From Mobula hypostoma (Eukaryota), in assembly GCF_963921235.1 (NCBI RefSeq), contig NC_086097.1, positions 63,676,001-63,740,000 of the forward strand: a stretch of 64,000 bases of DNA. Direction: 5' to 3'. This document shows, piece by piece, positions 33,593 to 48,500 of this stretch; position 1 is the stretch's first letter, and each line of letters starts with the position of its first letter. The translations under genes and the position numbers were made by a program. The notes beneath the pieces are model-generated. The model was not told the origin of the DNA. It did not search any database and saw nothing but the letters and a program-made list of their open reading frames with translations.

Positions 33593-36500
33593 GTAAGTAA
33601 GAATATCTGAATTGAAACTAATTATCTGAGTTAACTGAAGGTGCAAAAAAAGTCAAATTGCTAGACCAATAGTGGATGTTTTGCATTGTGTGCCAGTGCA
33701 CTTGAGATGTAATTGATGTGTAAAAGTGTGGCAGTACCTACTTTCCATCAGTAGATTGGTGCTCTAGCTGCACCTTTCATCAACCAAATATGGCATTGGT
33801 TGCCCAACAAAAGATTGGTTTTATGGTGTAAAATTGTTAGTGGACTACCAGAACATAGATAATGGATATTCAGATGAAAGTTTAGAAGTAAATAATGGTG
33901 GATAATAAAAATGTAATTGGGTAATTGGATGGTTTAGTTTTATTTAGTTTATGGCTATGGATTGTAATTCAGAAGTTATTTCTAAATTTTTGCATTCAGG
34001 ATTGAAGCATCAAGATGTCCTGAAGTAGTAGTGGCAAAAATTGACCCAAGAAAGTTAAAAAGCAATCAGACAGTAAATATTTCGGTAAGTTCAATGTCAG
34101 TTTTCACTCTATTTTCTTGACTACTTTTATTTCTTTATTATCAGTCAATTCCACTGAAATTAGTAGTAAGGTTCAGGTTCTGATTTATTTATTTATTTAT
34201 CACGTGTACATTGAAACGTACAGTGAAATTCAGTCCTGCCGAAGGGTTTTGGCCTGAAATGTCAACAGTACTTTTTCCCATAGATGCTGCATGACCTGCT
34301 GAGTTCCTTCAGCATTTTATGTGTGTTGCTTGGACTTCCAGCATCTGCAGATTTTCTCTTGTTCGTGGAATGCATTATTTGCATTAACAACCAACACACC
34401 CAAGGATGTGCTGAAGGCCTGGAAATGTCATTACATATTCTGGTGCCAATAGCGAGTGCCCACCATGTTCAGCAGACAAGTGCAGAACGCAAAACAGAAC
34501 ATGCCATGTGACAAAGCAACAACAGCAAAACAAGCACTGTTCCTCCCTCTCCAGCAGACTCATGGATTCAGTCAAGCAATCGACTTCCCCAGCAGACTTG
34601 CAGAGATTTTCAGACTCAGGGCTCCAGCCATCAAACCTCAACTTTTGGACCTCCAATTGACCTTCTGGTTTCTTCCTTTGTTGACTTCCTCCCTTTTCCC
34701 CTAATCACACTGGACCCCAATACCTTCCCTACCCTCTCAATCTGCCCAACACCCTCACATTCCTCCTCTCACTTCCCTTCCTCACCTCCTTTTTCTGACG
34801 GTTTACTGTCCTCTTCAATCAAATTCCATCTTGTTCAGTTCTTTGCCTATTCCACTTATCACCTCCCAGCTTCTTACATCATTCACATTCTCAACACCAA
34901 CTCCTGCCTTTCAGCCCATCCCTTTACCTGGATCTACCTATCCTGCTAGCTCTTAGTCCACTCCTTCCCCCTACCATTTTATATTGTCTATCTTCTCTGT
35001 TTCTTTCCAGTACTGATGAAGAGTCTCGACACCAAACATCAACAGTCCATTTCCCTTCATCGATGCTGCTCGGCCCACTAAGTTCCTTTGAGTTTTTATA
35101 TATGGCTGCAGATTTCCAGCATCTGTAATGTCTTGTGTCTCCTGTTAACTGAAGAATGATTCTCCATTTTAAAGACAAAGTGAAGGAGAAATAGCTTAAG
35201 TTGGTCTAGCAACTTGTTTTTAATTACATTATGCAGCATTGCAAGTTGTTGGATGGGATAGTCATTTCAAAGGGCAGAGTCCAAAAATAACATTTTCTCA
35301 GTGTTAAGGTGAACATTCCATTCTATCATTAAATTACATTGATTATTTGGACATATGCTGTTTTTCGATCTTGCTGTTTATCAATTCTCTGCTTAATATT
35401 GGTCTAACGTCAAAAGATTTTTAAAAATGTTTTAAAGTGCTTTATAATAGGATAGGTTGTAAAATATAAATGCAGGATAGTTAAGATGCCTTATAACATA
35501 GTAGCTAAGAAAATAAATTGATAAATTAACACATTATTTTTACTGAGAACTTCAAAAAAAAATCGTTTATCTGAGTGAGGTGATTCCCTTGTAATTTGGC
35601 TGGGCCTTGTCACTTACATAAAGAATGCTTCCTTTTGTATGTACATCTTGAAAATATAGTTGAGGAATAGTCAAATATATTTTGAAATACTGTATGAGGT
35701 AAAGGGATTACACTAAGGACACATTTTGTCTCCATTTGCAGTTGCGAAATTCATAGGGTACAGTGTCATATTAATGTAATTTTGTTAACTCGTGGGGTTG
35801 GCCGTGGTAATATTATATGTGGCTGATGCAATTAATGCAACATATCATTTTTAAATTATAGTCCTCTAAGCTCCAATGCTTCCCTTCAGAAGCATCCAGT
35901 TCACACATATCCAATCATCTGCTCAATATGGAACCCATTCTTTTATGAATTTCAGCTCCCAAGAAGATTCACACTTCTGACAAGCTTCATGTGATACATA
36001 GCCAGTCCTCTCATTCCTACTCAGAGCCACTCAACAACATGTGTCTTCTAATGGGTATCAACACCCCACCCACATTGTCAGTTAGCAGTAGGTAAACTAA
36101 TTGGGGAAAGCATGTGAAGGCAGTAGATATAGTAAAATAAGTACCCATTCCAGCTGAGCAATATGACTACCCACTCTGTCACCTTTAATGAACATTGAAA
36201 AAACTGCTGCAGCTGGATTGTAAATTGAAAAATAAATGAGCACTTATGATCTTGAACAAGGTCAAGTAGCTACAGTAAGCCCCTGTGAAGTAATTTGAAA
36301 TGAAACTGTCCAAAAGTCATAGGCACTCTAGATTTTTTTTATATAAATTTTGTTTTAGGTGTTTTTTTTTGTCTTCTGCATTAGTGTATCAGTAGAAAGG
36401 AGCAAATTTTATTTTTCCAAACATTCATTTTCCAAAAAAATAAATTTTAGAGTTTTCTGTACTTCATTAAATAAAGTAAAATATTAAGCAATAGACCTCT

Positions 36501-39500
36501 TCAAATTAAAAAGTGATTACTTTGCAGGTATATAGCCCAGTGCATGATTAAACAAAGATAACAAACAGGTGCTAATGATCAATGACATGAGTTGAATGAA
36601 CTAAACTGATTAACTGAGACAGAAGTGTATGCAGAAGAATTGAATTCAAATTGACTATTACTTACATCCTTCATGCATGAGGAGTAAAAATCTTTTCGTT
36701 ATGTTTTCGTCTAAGGGTGCAATTTATAGTAATTTATAATAGTATGTACAACAGGATAGTCATAGAAATACAGTTGTGTCAGCATGAACTAAGCAGTCTG
36801 ATGGCCTGGTGGAAGATGTCCTGGAGCCTGTTGGTCCTAGCATTTATGCTGCGTACTGTTTCCTGGATGGTAGCAGCTGGAACAGTTTGTGGTTGGGATG
36901 ACTCAGGTCCCCAATGATCCATCGGGCCCTTTTTACACACCTGTCTTTGTAAATATCCTGAATAGTGGGAAGTGCATCTACAGATGCGCTGGGCTGTCCG
37001 CACCACTCTCTGCAGAGTCCTGCAATTGAGGGAAGTACAGTTCCCATACCAGGCAGTGATGCAGCCAGTCAGGATGCTCTCAATTGTGCCCTTATAGAAA
37101 GTTCTTAGAATTTGGGGGCGCACACCAAACTTCTTCAACCATCTGAGGTGAAAGAGGCGCTGTTGTGCCTTTTTCACCACACAGCCAGTATGTACAGACC
37201 ATGCGAGATCCTCAGTGATGTTCATGTGAGGAACTTAATACTGTTCACCCTCTCAACCCCAGATCCGTTGATGTCAATAGGGGTTAGCCTGTCTCCATTC
37301 TTCTTGTAGTCCACAACGAGCTCCTTTGTTTTTGCACCATTGAAGGAGAGGTTGTTTTCTTGGCACCACTGTGTCAGACTTCTCTGTCAGCTGCCTCATT
37401 ATTATTTGAGATTAAGCCTTTCAGTGTAGTATCAACAGCAAATTTAATTAGCGGATTGGAGCAGTGGGTGGCGACATGGGTATACAGAGAGTAAAGAGGG
37501 GGGTCAAAATGGCTGAAAGACAGCTAAACTAAAAAGTGAGGGTGTGGAGATGTGATAGTTTAACCTTCAGATCATCAATTCTTACACCATGGCAAGAGTG
37601 AGCATAGCAACAAGACACAAGATGGTCATCCTGCATCAGCAAGGTTTCTCCCAAGCATAAAATTTTGCCGCAGACAGGAGTTTCAAGATGTGCTATCCAA
37701 GCTCTTCCGAAGAAGCACAAAGAACCAAGCAAGATTGAGGACAAGAAATGCAGTGGTCAGGCAAGGAAACTGAGTGCAGCAGATGAGAGATACATCAAGA
37801 TATAGATGTCCCTTCTAAATCGGAAGAAGTCCATCACTTCTATCAGCTCTGAACTCACAGTTTGGCTGTAGAACGGCTGGAGAGTGCTACATGGATGACT
37901 GTTTGCAGCCAAAGTGAAGCACAGCAGAGGTTCCCTGCAGGTTTGGGACTGCATTTTTGGAAATGAGTGGGTGATCTGATCAGAGTTAATGGAATCCCCA
38001 ATGCTGAAATGTCCAAGCAGATGCTCATCCATCACCAAATGGCATCAGGGAGTTGTCTGATCAGTCCTAGCTTCATTCTGCAGCAGGACAATGACCCCAA
38101 ACACACAGCCAAGGTCATTAAGAGCTGTCTTCAGGGAAAAGAAGAACAAAGAGTTCCACAACAGCTGGTTTGGCCTCCACAGAGCCCTGATCTCAACATT
38201 GTCGAGGCTGTCTGCATTACCTGTGAAGACTGAAGCAAGCAAAGTCTGGAGAACTGTGGCAGGTTCTTCCAAGATGCTTCAAACAACCTACCAGCTGATT
38301 TTCTTAGAAAACTGCACAACAGTGCACAGTACTTGAAAGTATTGATGCAGTTTTAAAGACAAAGGGAGGTTACACCGAATATTGATTTCACTTAGATTTT
38401 TACTGTTTATTGCTCTTCATCATATTTTTGATATTTAAAAACATTCTATTTTATTATTTTTGAAAGCATCTTCCCTTTGCAGAGTTTTTTGCATGTACCT
38501 AAGACTTTGCTACAGTACTGCAACTGTAAATTTGCCAAAATTTTATTTACTGATGCAGCCAAAATCGTGATTTAATCATGAATGTTTTTAATCTTGCATT
38601 CATTTCTAATCCTTTGATAGTTCTCATATAGAAATTAACTTTGCTTTTGTGTGCCTTTGCACTGTGTAATAAAACAAAATATAAACATTGAAAAATATTC
38701 GGCAGATGATCAAAGTTCACTATTCAGAGTGTAACTTTTTTTGCATTATCTGATAACTTTCTCTATAAAGATGTATGTCAGGACTTATCTGTTTTTTTTT
38801 TGTTTCTTTTAATAAATCTTGAAAAGGAAGTAGTCCTGGTACTGCATGAAATGTTTCCTACCTAGTTGCTATCTTTTTTGTTGCTGTAGAAATTGAGTTA
38901 TTTTATCTTCATCGGAGTTTAAAGTACAGATGTATTCAAGCTGTAATGTTGCTACATGTTTTGGATATTTATCATAATTCAATTTATATATTTTAGCTGT
39001 CGGGATGTCAGCCTGCCCCTGCAGGATTTTCTCCCAGTCTCAAATGGCAGCAACAGCAAGTGGCTAATTTTTCAATCCTTCGACAGGTAAAAATATTTGT
39101 TTATACTACCAATTTAGGAATACAGTCGCGAAAAGCATTAGAGTTACATTATAGGGGAAAGTCAAATTAATTTTCTAGCTACGTATAAGATTACATTTAT
39201 GGTATTTAGTATTACAGAGTGGATGAGTGTGTGCCTTCAAAGACTTACTGTACATTCTCAAACCTAAAACCGTGAATGAACCAGGAGGTACATCATCTGC
39301 TGAAGGCTAGATCTGTGGCATTCAAGTCTGGCGATCCAGACCTGTACCAGAAAACCAAGGATGATCTGCGAAGAGCTATTTCAAGGGCAAAGAGACAATT
39401 TTGAATGAGGTTGGAGGTGACATCGGATGTATGACAACTCTGGTAGGGTCTGCAGGACATTCCTTCCTACAAAGTCAGAAGGCATGGGATCCAGGGAAGT

Positions 39501-42500
39501 TTGGCCAGGTGGATTCAGAATTGGCTTGCCTGCAGAAGGCAGAGGGTCATGGTAGAGGGAGTACATTCAGATTGGAGGATTGTGACTAGTGGTGTCCCAC
39601 AAGGATCTGTTCTGGGACCTCTACTTTTCGTGATTTTTATTAATGACCTGGATGTGGGGGTAGAAGGATGGGTTGGCAAGTTTGCAGACGACACAGGGGT
39701 TGGTGGTGTTGTAGATAGTGTTGAGGATTGTCAAAGATTGCAGAGAGACATTGATAGGATGCAGAAGTGGGCTGAGAAGTGGCAGATGGAGTTCAACCCA
39801 GAGAAGTATGAGGTGGTACACTTTGGGAGGACAAACTCCAAGGCAGAGTACAAAGTAAGTGGCAGGATACTTGGTAGTGTGGAGGAGCAGAGGGATCTGG
39901 GGGTACATGTCCACAGATCCCTGAAAGTTGCCTCACAGGTGGATAGGGTAGTTAAGAAAGCTTATGGAGTGTTAGCTTTCATAAATCAAGGGATAGAGTT
40001 TAAGAGTCGCAATGTAATGATGCAGCTCTATAAAACTCTGGTTAGGCCACACTTGGAGTACTGTGTCCAGTTCTGGTTGCCTCACTATAGGAAGGATGTG
40101 GAAGCATTGGAAAGGGTACAGAGGAGATTTACCAGGATGCTGCCTGGTTTAGAGAGTATGGATTATGATCAGAGATTAAGGGAGCTAGGGCTTTACTCTT
40201 TGGAGAGAAGGAGGATGAGAGGAGACATGATTGAGGTTACAAGATAATAAGAGGAATAGATAGAGTGGATAGCCAGCGCCTCTTCCCTAGGGCACGACTG
40301 CTCAATACAAGAGGACATGGCTTTAAGGTAAGGGGTGGGAAGTTCAAGGGGGATATTAGAGGAAGGTTTTTTACTCAGAGAGTGGTTGGTGCATGGAATG
40401 CACTGCCTGAGTCAGTGGTGGAGGCAGATACACTAGTAAAGTTTAAGAGACAGGTATATGGAAGAATTTAAGGTGGGGGCTTATATGGGAGACAGGGTTT
40501 GAGGGTCGGCACAACATTGTGGGCCGAAGGGCCTGTACTGCGCTGTACTATTCTATGTTCTATAAAGCGAAACCCAGTAGCATGAATGGCAGTGATGCTT
40601 CTCTACCAGATGAACTCAACGCCTTGTATGCCTGCTTTGAAAGGGAGAACACAACTACAGCTGTGAAGATCTCTGCTGCACCTGATGACTCTGTGATCTC
40701 TCTCAGAGGCCGATGTTAGGTTGTCTTTAAAGAGAGTGAACCCTCGAAAGGTGGAAGGTCCCAATGGAGTACCTGGTAAGGCTCTGAAAACCCGTGCCAA
40801 CCAACTGGCGGGAGTATTCAAGGACATTTTCAACCTCTCACTGCTATGGGCGGAAGTTCCCACTTGCTGCAAAAAGGCAACGATTATACCAGGGCCTTAG
40901 AAGAATAATGTGAGCTGCCTTAATGACTTTCGCCCAGTAGCACTCACATCGACAGTGATGAAGTGTTTTGAGAGATTGGTCATGACTAGACTGAACTTCT
41001 GCCTCAGCAAGTACCTGGACCCGTTGCAATTTGCTTATCGCTACAATAGGTCAATGGCAGATGCAATCTCAATGGCTCTCCACACGGCTTTAGACTACCT
41101 GGACAATACAAACACCTGTGTCAGGATGCTGTTAATCGACTATAGCTCAGCATTTTACACCATCATTCCCACAATCCTGATTGAGAAGTTGCAGAACCTG
41201 GGCCTCTGTACCTCCCTCTGCAAATGGATCCTCGACTTCCTAACCGGAAGACCACAATCTGTGCGGATTGGTGATAATATCTCCTCCTCGCTGACGGTCA
41301 ACACTGGTGAACCTCAGGGGTGTGCGCTTAGCCCACTGCTCTACTCTCTCTATACCCATGACTGTGTGGCTAGGCATAGCTCAAATACCATCTATAGATT
41401 TGCTGACAATACAGCCCTTGTTGGTAGAATCTCAGATGGTGACGAGAGAGCATACAGGAGTGAGATGTCAACTAGTGGAGTGGTGCCACAGAAACAACCT
41501 GGCACTCAATGTTAGTAAGACGAAAGAGCTGATTGTGGGTTTCAGGAAGGGTAAGATGAAGGAACACAGAGCAATCTTCATAGAGGGATCAGAAGTGGAG
41601 AGAGTGAGCAGTTTAAAGTTCCTTGGTGTCAGGATCTCTGAGGATCTAACCTGGTCCCAACATATTGATGCAGTTGTAAAGAAGGCAAGACAGCGGCTAA
41701 ACTTTATTAGTAGTTTGAACTTTGGTATGTCAACAAATACACTCAAAAACTTACATAGATGTACCATGGAGAGCATTCTGACAGGCTGCATCACTGTCTG
41801 GTACTGGGCGGGGGGTGCTACTCCACAGGGCCGAGAGAAGCTGCAGAGGCTTGTAAATTTAGTCAGCTCCATTTTGGGTACTAGCCTACAAATTACCCAG
41901 GACATCTTCAAGGAGTGGTGTCTCAGAAAGGCGGCTCCATTATTAAGGACCTCCAGCACCCAGGGCATGCCCTTTTCTCACTGTTACCATCAGGTAGGAG
42001 GTGCAGAAGCCTGAAGGCACACACTCAGCAATTCAAGGACAGCTTCTTCCCCTCTGCCTTCCGATTCCTAAATGGATATTGAACCCTTGGAACTACCTCA
42101 CTTTTTTAATATATAGTATTTCTGTTTCTGCACATTTTTCAATCTATTCAATATACGTATCCTGTATATACTGAATAAGATTTACTTACTTTTTTTCCTC
42201 CTCCTATATTATGTATTGCATTGGACTGCTGCTACTAAGTTAACAAATTTCATGTCACATGCCAGTGATAGTAAACCTGATTCTGATTCTAATAAGATTT
42301 CGCATGTTTTAAATGTGCACTGGGATGTTTTTAAATATTGAATTTCTTTTTTAATCACAGAAGTATTTTTGGTAATAATGTTCTCAAATACTAGGATTAG
42401 TACCATAATCCTATAGCATTCTATATAAAGTTCTAATTACAAAGGGCCTAGTATACCCACAGTATACATAAAAATAATTATGACCTAGCTGAGTATAAAA

Positions 42501-45500
42501 TATATAACTTTAATGGGTTTAAAAATATACCCAAGAAGATACCCGAAATAGCTATCTGCTTTTGATATTTGTATTTCAAAAATAAAACTTATGTACTTTA
42601 GGATGATTGTAGTCATTGGGATGAGTTTATGCTAATTTATGGAAAGCTACAATAATGTGAAAGGTTACCAGATAAGCAGGGAATGTAACATGTAGTCCTA
42701 CACCTCTGTGCTAGCTAAATGCTAGTCAGAAAATATTATTTGTGTTACAGTCTACTGGAATTCCATCACATTTTTCATTTTTCTGTTTATAATTTTTTTG
42801 CAGCACAATAATGTTCTTGTTTTAGGGAAACGACATTAAATTTTCTTTGCTCTATTTTCCAGAATATAGACAAAAACAGAGATCATTGGAAGTCACAGCC
42901 TTTGGACAGTAATGTAATGTTGGTATGTGATAATACGGGTGAGCTAAAGCAAAGCATTAGCCATATTCATGGTGATGTCTTCAAACTGAATCACTACTTG
43001 TATAGTCAAGGATATTTATCGCTTTGAAGTTGTAATTTTCAGCAAAAGTAACCACTTTTTTAAAAAAGGAAGCAAAGGTTCAGATTACATCGATGAGGAT
43101 TTTGCTAACAGTGGCTCTTTGATGAGATATGGAACTGTCCAGCACGTGCCCCACACTTGCTCAGTGCCTGGACAAATGCCTTCTAGACTTGACTGGGGAG
43201 GATTCAATTGATTCACAATGAAATCTGGTCATTCATGTGGGCCAGTGTAAATTTCACCTATAACTACTTCAACTACTGCACAGAGTCTTGTCATCTTCAG
43301 AAGTTTTCTGATGATTCTGCCATAGTTGGATGCGTCAGCAAGGGAGATGAGGCTGAGTACAGGACTATGGTAGGAAACTTTGTCACATGGTGTGAGCAGA
43401 ATTATCTGCAGCTTAATGTGAAATGGGCTAAGGAGCTGGTGGTAGACCTGAGGAGGGCTAAAGCATCAGTGACCCCTGTTTCCATCCAGGGGGTCAGTGT
43501 GGACATTGTGGAGGATTACAAATACCTGGGGATACGAATTGACAATAAACTGGACTGGTCAAAGAACACAGGCTGTGTACAAGAAGGGTCAGAGCCGTCT
43601 CTATTTCCTGAGGAGACTGAGGTCCTTTAACATCTGTCAGACGATGCTGAAGATGTTCTACGAGTCTGTGGTGGCCAGTGCTATCATGTTTGCTGTTGTG
43701 TGCTGGGGCAGCAGGCTGAGGGTTGCAGACAGCAACAGAATCAACAAACTCATTCGTAAGGCCAGTGATGTTGTGGGGATGGAACTGGACTCTCTGATGG
43801 TGGTGTCTGAAAAGAGGATGCTGTCCAAGTTGCATGCCATCTTGGACAATGTCTCCCATCCACTACATAATGGACTGGTTGGGCACAGGAGTACATTCAG
43901 CCAGAGACTCATTCCACCGAGATGCAACACAGAGCATCATAGGAAGTCATTCCTGCCTGTGGCCATCAAACTTTACAACTCCTCCCTTGGAGGGTCAGAC
44001 ACTCTGAGCCAATAGGCTGGTCCTGGACCTATTTCCTGGCATAATTTACATATTACTATTTAATTATTTATGGTGCAACTGTAACGAAAACCAGTTTCCT
44101 TCGGGATCAATAAAGTATGACTATGACTAAAAGGCTGGGAGAACCATTAGTGATAAATCCTTTTCTCAGCTTCATCAATCAATCCTGTCATTTTTTTTCA
44201 GTGATGTGTGATTGTGATGTTCAATCACATTAAACACTATTAAAACAAAATAATCAATTGATTTTTACAAATTGAAACAGAAAACACCAGAAATACTCAA
44301 CAAGTCGTGCAGCATTCCTGATGAGAGAAGCAAGATGTTTGTGCTCAATAGTACAGAATGATCTTGGAACTGACAAAAGATCAACAATCTATATTATTAG
44401 TGCTTTTTGTCTTCGCAGTTGCTTCCTGATCTGCAAAGTATTTCCATCACTTTCTTCTTTTATTTGAGATTTCTAGCACCTGCAGTTCAGTGCTTTTCAG
44501 ATTAAAAAGTAACATCAATATTGGTCTCTAAAAGACTTTAAAATAATTTAAAATAGAAATAAATATTGCAAATATTAATTTTGAAAATTACCTTTATTGC
44601 CTTTGGAAGCACAATAGACTGCAGATGCTTAACCCTGATGCAGATCTCAACCTAAAATGTTGGCCATCCCTTTGCTTCCACAGATACGGTGTGACCCACT
44701 GAGTTCTTACAGCAGTTTGATTTTTGTACAATATTGATGTTTTTCCATACATTTGTAATGAAGCTTGAAGATCTGGCTACAATACCCTCCTTTATTGACC
44801 AACTACCTATACTCTCCCTCTACGCTTGCTTGTGAAGACTAGCCATTTGGATAACGTATTGAAGATTAACTGGCATTAGTGCTGGTTTACACAAGTATAG
44901 AGTCTTTAGAAAGTGGGGCAGAAATGTAAAGGAGATGTGACTATCCCCTTTAATGTCACAATTTCTTGAACTGAGTATGTGCTTAAAATATTTTGTGTAA
45001 TAAGCTGAAATCATGTCCAGGTCCCAGCAGTTAATTATGCCATATTTTCCTCAAGTACAGAAATGAGCAAGAATTAGTAGGGCACAGTTCACTCTGTACT
45101 TTCTCCACTACACAGATGTATTTGTTTGCCTTTTGTCTCTGTATTATTGATAAAAGGATTATTAAAGTTAATGTAAAGCTTAGCTTTGGTAATTCTAACA
45201 CATTTATGTAACTATGCAGGTGAGGAGAGAACCTTTCTCATTCTTTTTGAATAAGCAACAGTTGCGCACAGATCTTCTGCATTTGGTATTATGCTAAAAT
45301 GCTATTCAGTGTAATGCTCAGGGGTGTTTACTATGTAAAATGCAAGTTATTTAGAGATAAGACCGACATCCAATGGTTGCAAAAAGTAAACATATTCAGC
45401 AATATCTTGCTGCCATCTAGTGACAGATGAATGGCCTCAAATATTTGCCATGTTCAGTAAGTCTTAGTTTTGAAGTAGAATTTATATTAGTTTTTGTTTC

Positions 45501-48500
45501 CAAGATGATGAAATGTTTTTCTAAACACGTTGAAATTCATTCATACCTCATAGCCATCTCCTGAAGATGAAGAAGGGTGGAAAAAATTTTGTCTTGGAGA
45601 AAAGTTGTACTTAAACTCATCATCAATTACTGAAGAAATTGATAACCCAGGGATTGACTATGTGCAGGTAAATATTTTTTTAAGTTATGTATATGAAGAT
45701 ACCAGAAAGTTTTATAATTCCAAAGTTAGTCATATATTTATATTTATATTTACTAATGATTTAATATCAAGGAAACCTTTGTTTATATTAAATAAATGCA
45801 GCCTCCTATAAATGGAATTGATAAAAATGTAGAGGGTCAACAATTTATTCATACTTCGTTCAATTTCATTATAATCCAGTATCTTATTAGCATTTTTTCT
45901 CTAGTTCATTGGCAGACACCAAAAATTTGCGGAGGAATAGGAACACAAAGTAGAAGGTTCCTATTTGAATTTCAAAGCTGTAGATATTCTGGATTCATAA
46001 CTAATTCTAGTAAATATTTTTGTAGTTTCAGTAGAAACATGACTTGATTCAAATAATTAATCACGACAAATAATCATTTTGTTATCCATTTGCTTTGGAA
46101 TTTATTGTGGTAATTGAAAATGCTTCCTTAAACTATTGTTTTGATTGTTAATAATAACTGAACCAATATCTTCCATCTTGACAACAATTTTGTGCACTTC
46201 TTAAGCAAAGTTCTGTACAGAGTTGTATATATTCTTGTCATTTAGGATAAACCTTGGACATGAAGATCAATAAATTCAAACAACATTACTTATTATGAAT
46301 TGAATATTTCATCTAATTTGAAATGGTTTTAGAAATCTGCATAGAAGCTTTTAATTGTTAGTCCAACTACATTTGTACGTTACTATATTGATCAGCAACA
46401 GCAGCAAGCAAAAAATAATTAGCTAATCCGAAATGAATGCAAACAGCCCTTGCAAAGAGCAAAATAAACTGGACTGTTGAAAACTATGCTGTTAAATTTT
46501 TGGTGAGTTAGTAAGCATCTGGTCAAGTAACACGAGTTTTTTTTAGTAAATACAAAGTACTGCTGATCATACCTGATGGATTTATTCCTATGGCTGCAGG
46601 AGAAGAGTGCACAGTAAAAATAGAAGCATGATACTTGTCTTATGACCATATCTTGCTAAGTAGTAGAAAGACTTTTGTGAAACCATCCTTATCTGGATTT
46701 CTGATTTCCAAATAAGTCTTTACAAGTTCATAGTGCAAACTGGAAAAAGATACGTGTACAGTTTATACCAAAAGAACCTTGAAATTGTGATTTTTATGCA
46801 AAATATTAGAAAATTCTGCCTGCCATACTAAAAGGTTATAAATTAGTCTACAGAGTAGTTTATTCTTTTGGGAAAATATTGCAGTATTTGGAAGTAAGTA
46901 ATAAAATTGAGTATATATTTTGTACCTCTGAAAGAAAATAACTAGAATTTTTCATGTATTCCCTATGCAACCTCTTTAGTACACCTTTTTCTGTAACTGA
47001 ACAGGAAGAGATCTGTGAATTTCTGATTACATAAGTGGTGTTTCAGTGTTTTAGTTAACATGTAAGATATATTCTTAAGATATATTTATACCTTCACGCT
47101 CTTTGTAAGGCCAGTGATGTTGTGGGGATGGAACTGGGCTCTCTGACGGTGGTGTCTGAAAAGAGGATGCTGTCCAAGTTGCATGCCATCTTGGACAATG
47201 TCTCCCATCCACTACATAATGTACTGGTTGGGCACAGGAGTACATTCAGCCAGAGACTCATTCCACCGAGATGCAACACAGAGCGTCATAGAAAGTCATT
47301 CCTACCTGTGGCCATCAAACTTTACAACTCCTCCCTTGGAGGGTCAGACACCCTGAGCCAATAGGCTGGTCCTGGACTTATTTCCTGGCATAATTTACAT
47401 ATTACTATTTAACTATTTATGGTTTTATTACTATTTATTATTTATGGTGCAACTGTAACGAAAACCAGTTTCCCTCGGGATCAATAAAGTATGACTATGA
47501 CTATTGCTTTCCATGCACTTGGATTGCAGGCTGTCCTCGGGTTAAGAATGGGTTCCATTTTTACATACATCTATAAGTCTGTTTTGTCGTTAAATTGGAA
47601 AAGATATAAAATTACTTAATTTGGTAACCATGCCTCTACAGTATTGTAATGTATGGTGTTAAATAGAGCCACTTAACATGAATGTTTTTATTGCCTTTCC
47701 CTACCTAGTTACAGTGTTACAGAAGCAGGATATCTCATGCTCAGTGGCTGGTTTTGAGTATCAGTGTGGTTGCATACTAGTGGAAGCCATTGTGCATCAC
47801 TTTTCAAAGCAATTTTCTTAAGTGGCCTCCAGTGATGAAAATGGCACTCTGTGATCTTAAGAGATAACGGTGTCTGAATTCTGCCAGGAGATTGCATGTA
47901 AACAGGGTTGTTTTTATAAACATGAAAAAGTCTGCAGGAAATCTGAAGCATCACACACAAAGTGCTGGAGGAGCTCAGCAGGTCAAACAGCATCTATGGA
48001 AATGAATAGATAGTCAATGTTTTAGACCAAGATCTTTCTCCAGGACTGAGAAGGAAGGGGGAAGATGCCAGACTGCCAGGATGCTTGGTTGTTTTTATCT
48101 GCTTTTGGATCGATTTTAATAATATTTAAGGGAACACGTTTATATAAATAGGGTGACCATAATCAGTTGTTTCTAATCTGAGGAAGGTGTTTTCCATATT
48201 ATTCAGACTGTTATTCTGAGAATTAGACTGAAGTCTAGCTTGATTTGCTGAAGGTGGTTTCTCTATCTTTCAGGTGGGATTTCCCCCCCTGTTGAGTATT
48301 GTCAGCAGAATGAGTCAGGTATGGGATTTTACATTTTCAATCACTTTTTAGCAGTAAACAAACTCTAATTTGCCTTAAGGTTAAGTACTTTGTTTTTACC
48401 AAAGAACAAGTACATCTTTGCCTGGAATTTAAATAAGAGTATGATGTGATCTTGTGAACTATGCAACTTAAAACTGTATCTAAGTGAAAATTCGGGTTTA

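Noticed and set aside
45605..45811. 68-aa ORF as a separate gene
   Set aside because: It is the end of GEMIN2 coding exon 5 read through into the intron.
47525..47660. Tigger-like terminal sequence CAGGCTGTCCTCGGGTTAAG
   Set aside because: No matching opposite end or TA duplication; too weak to call.
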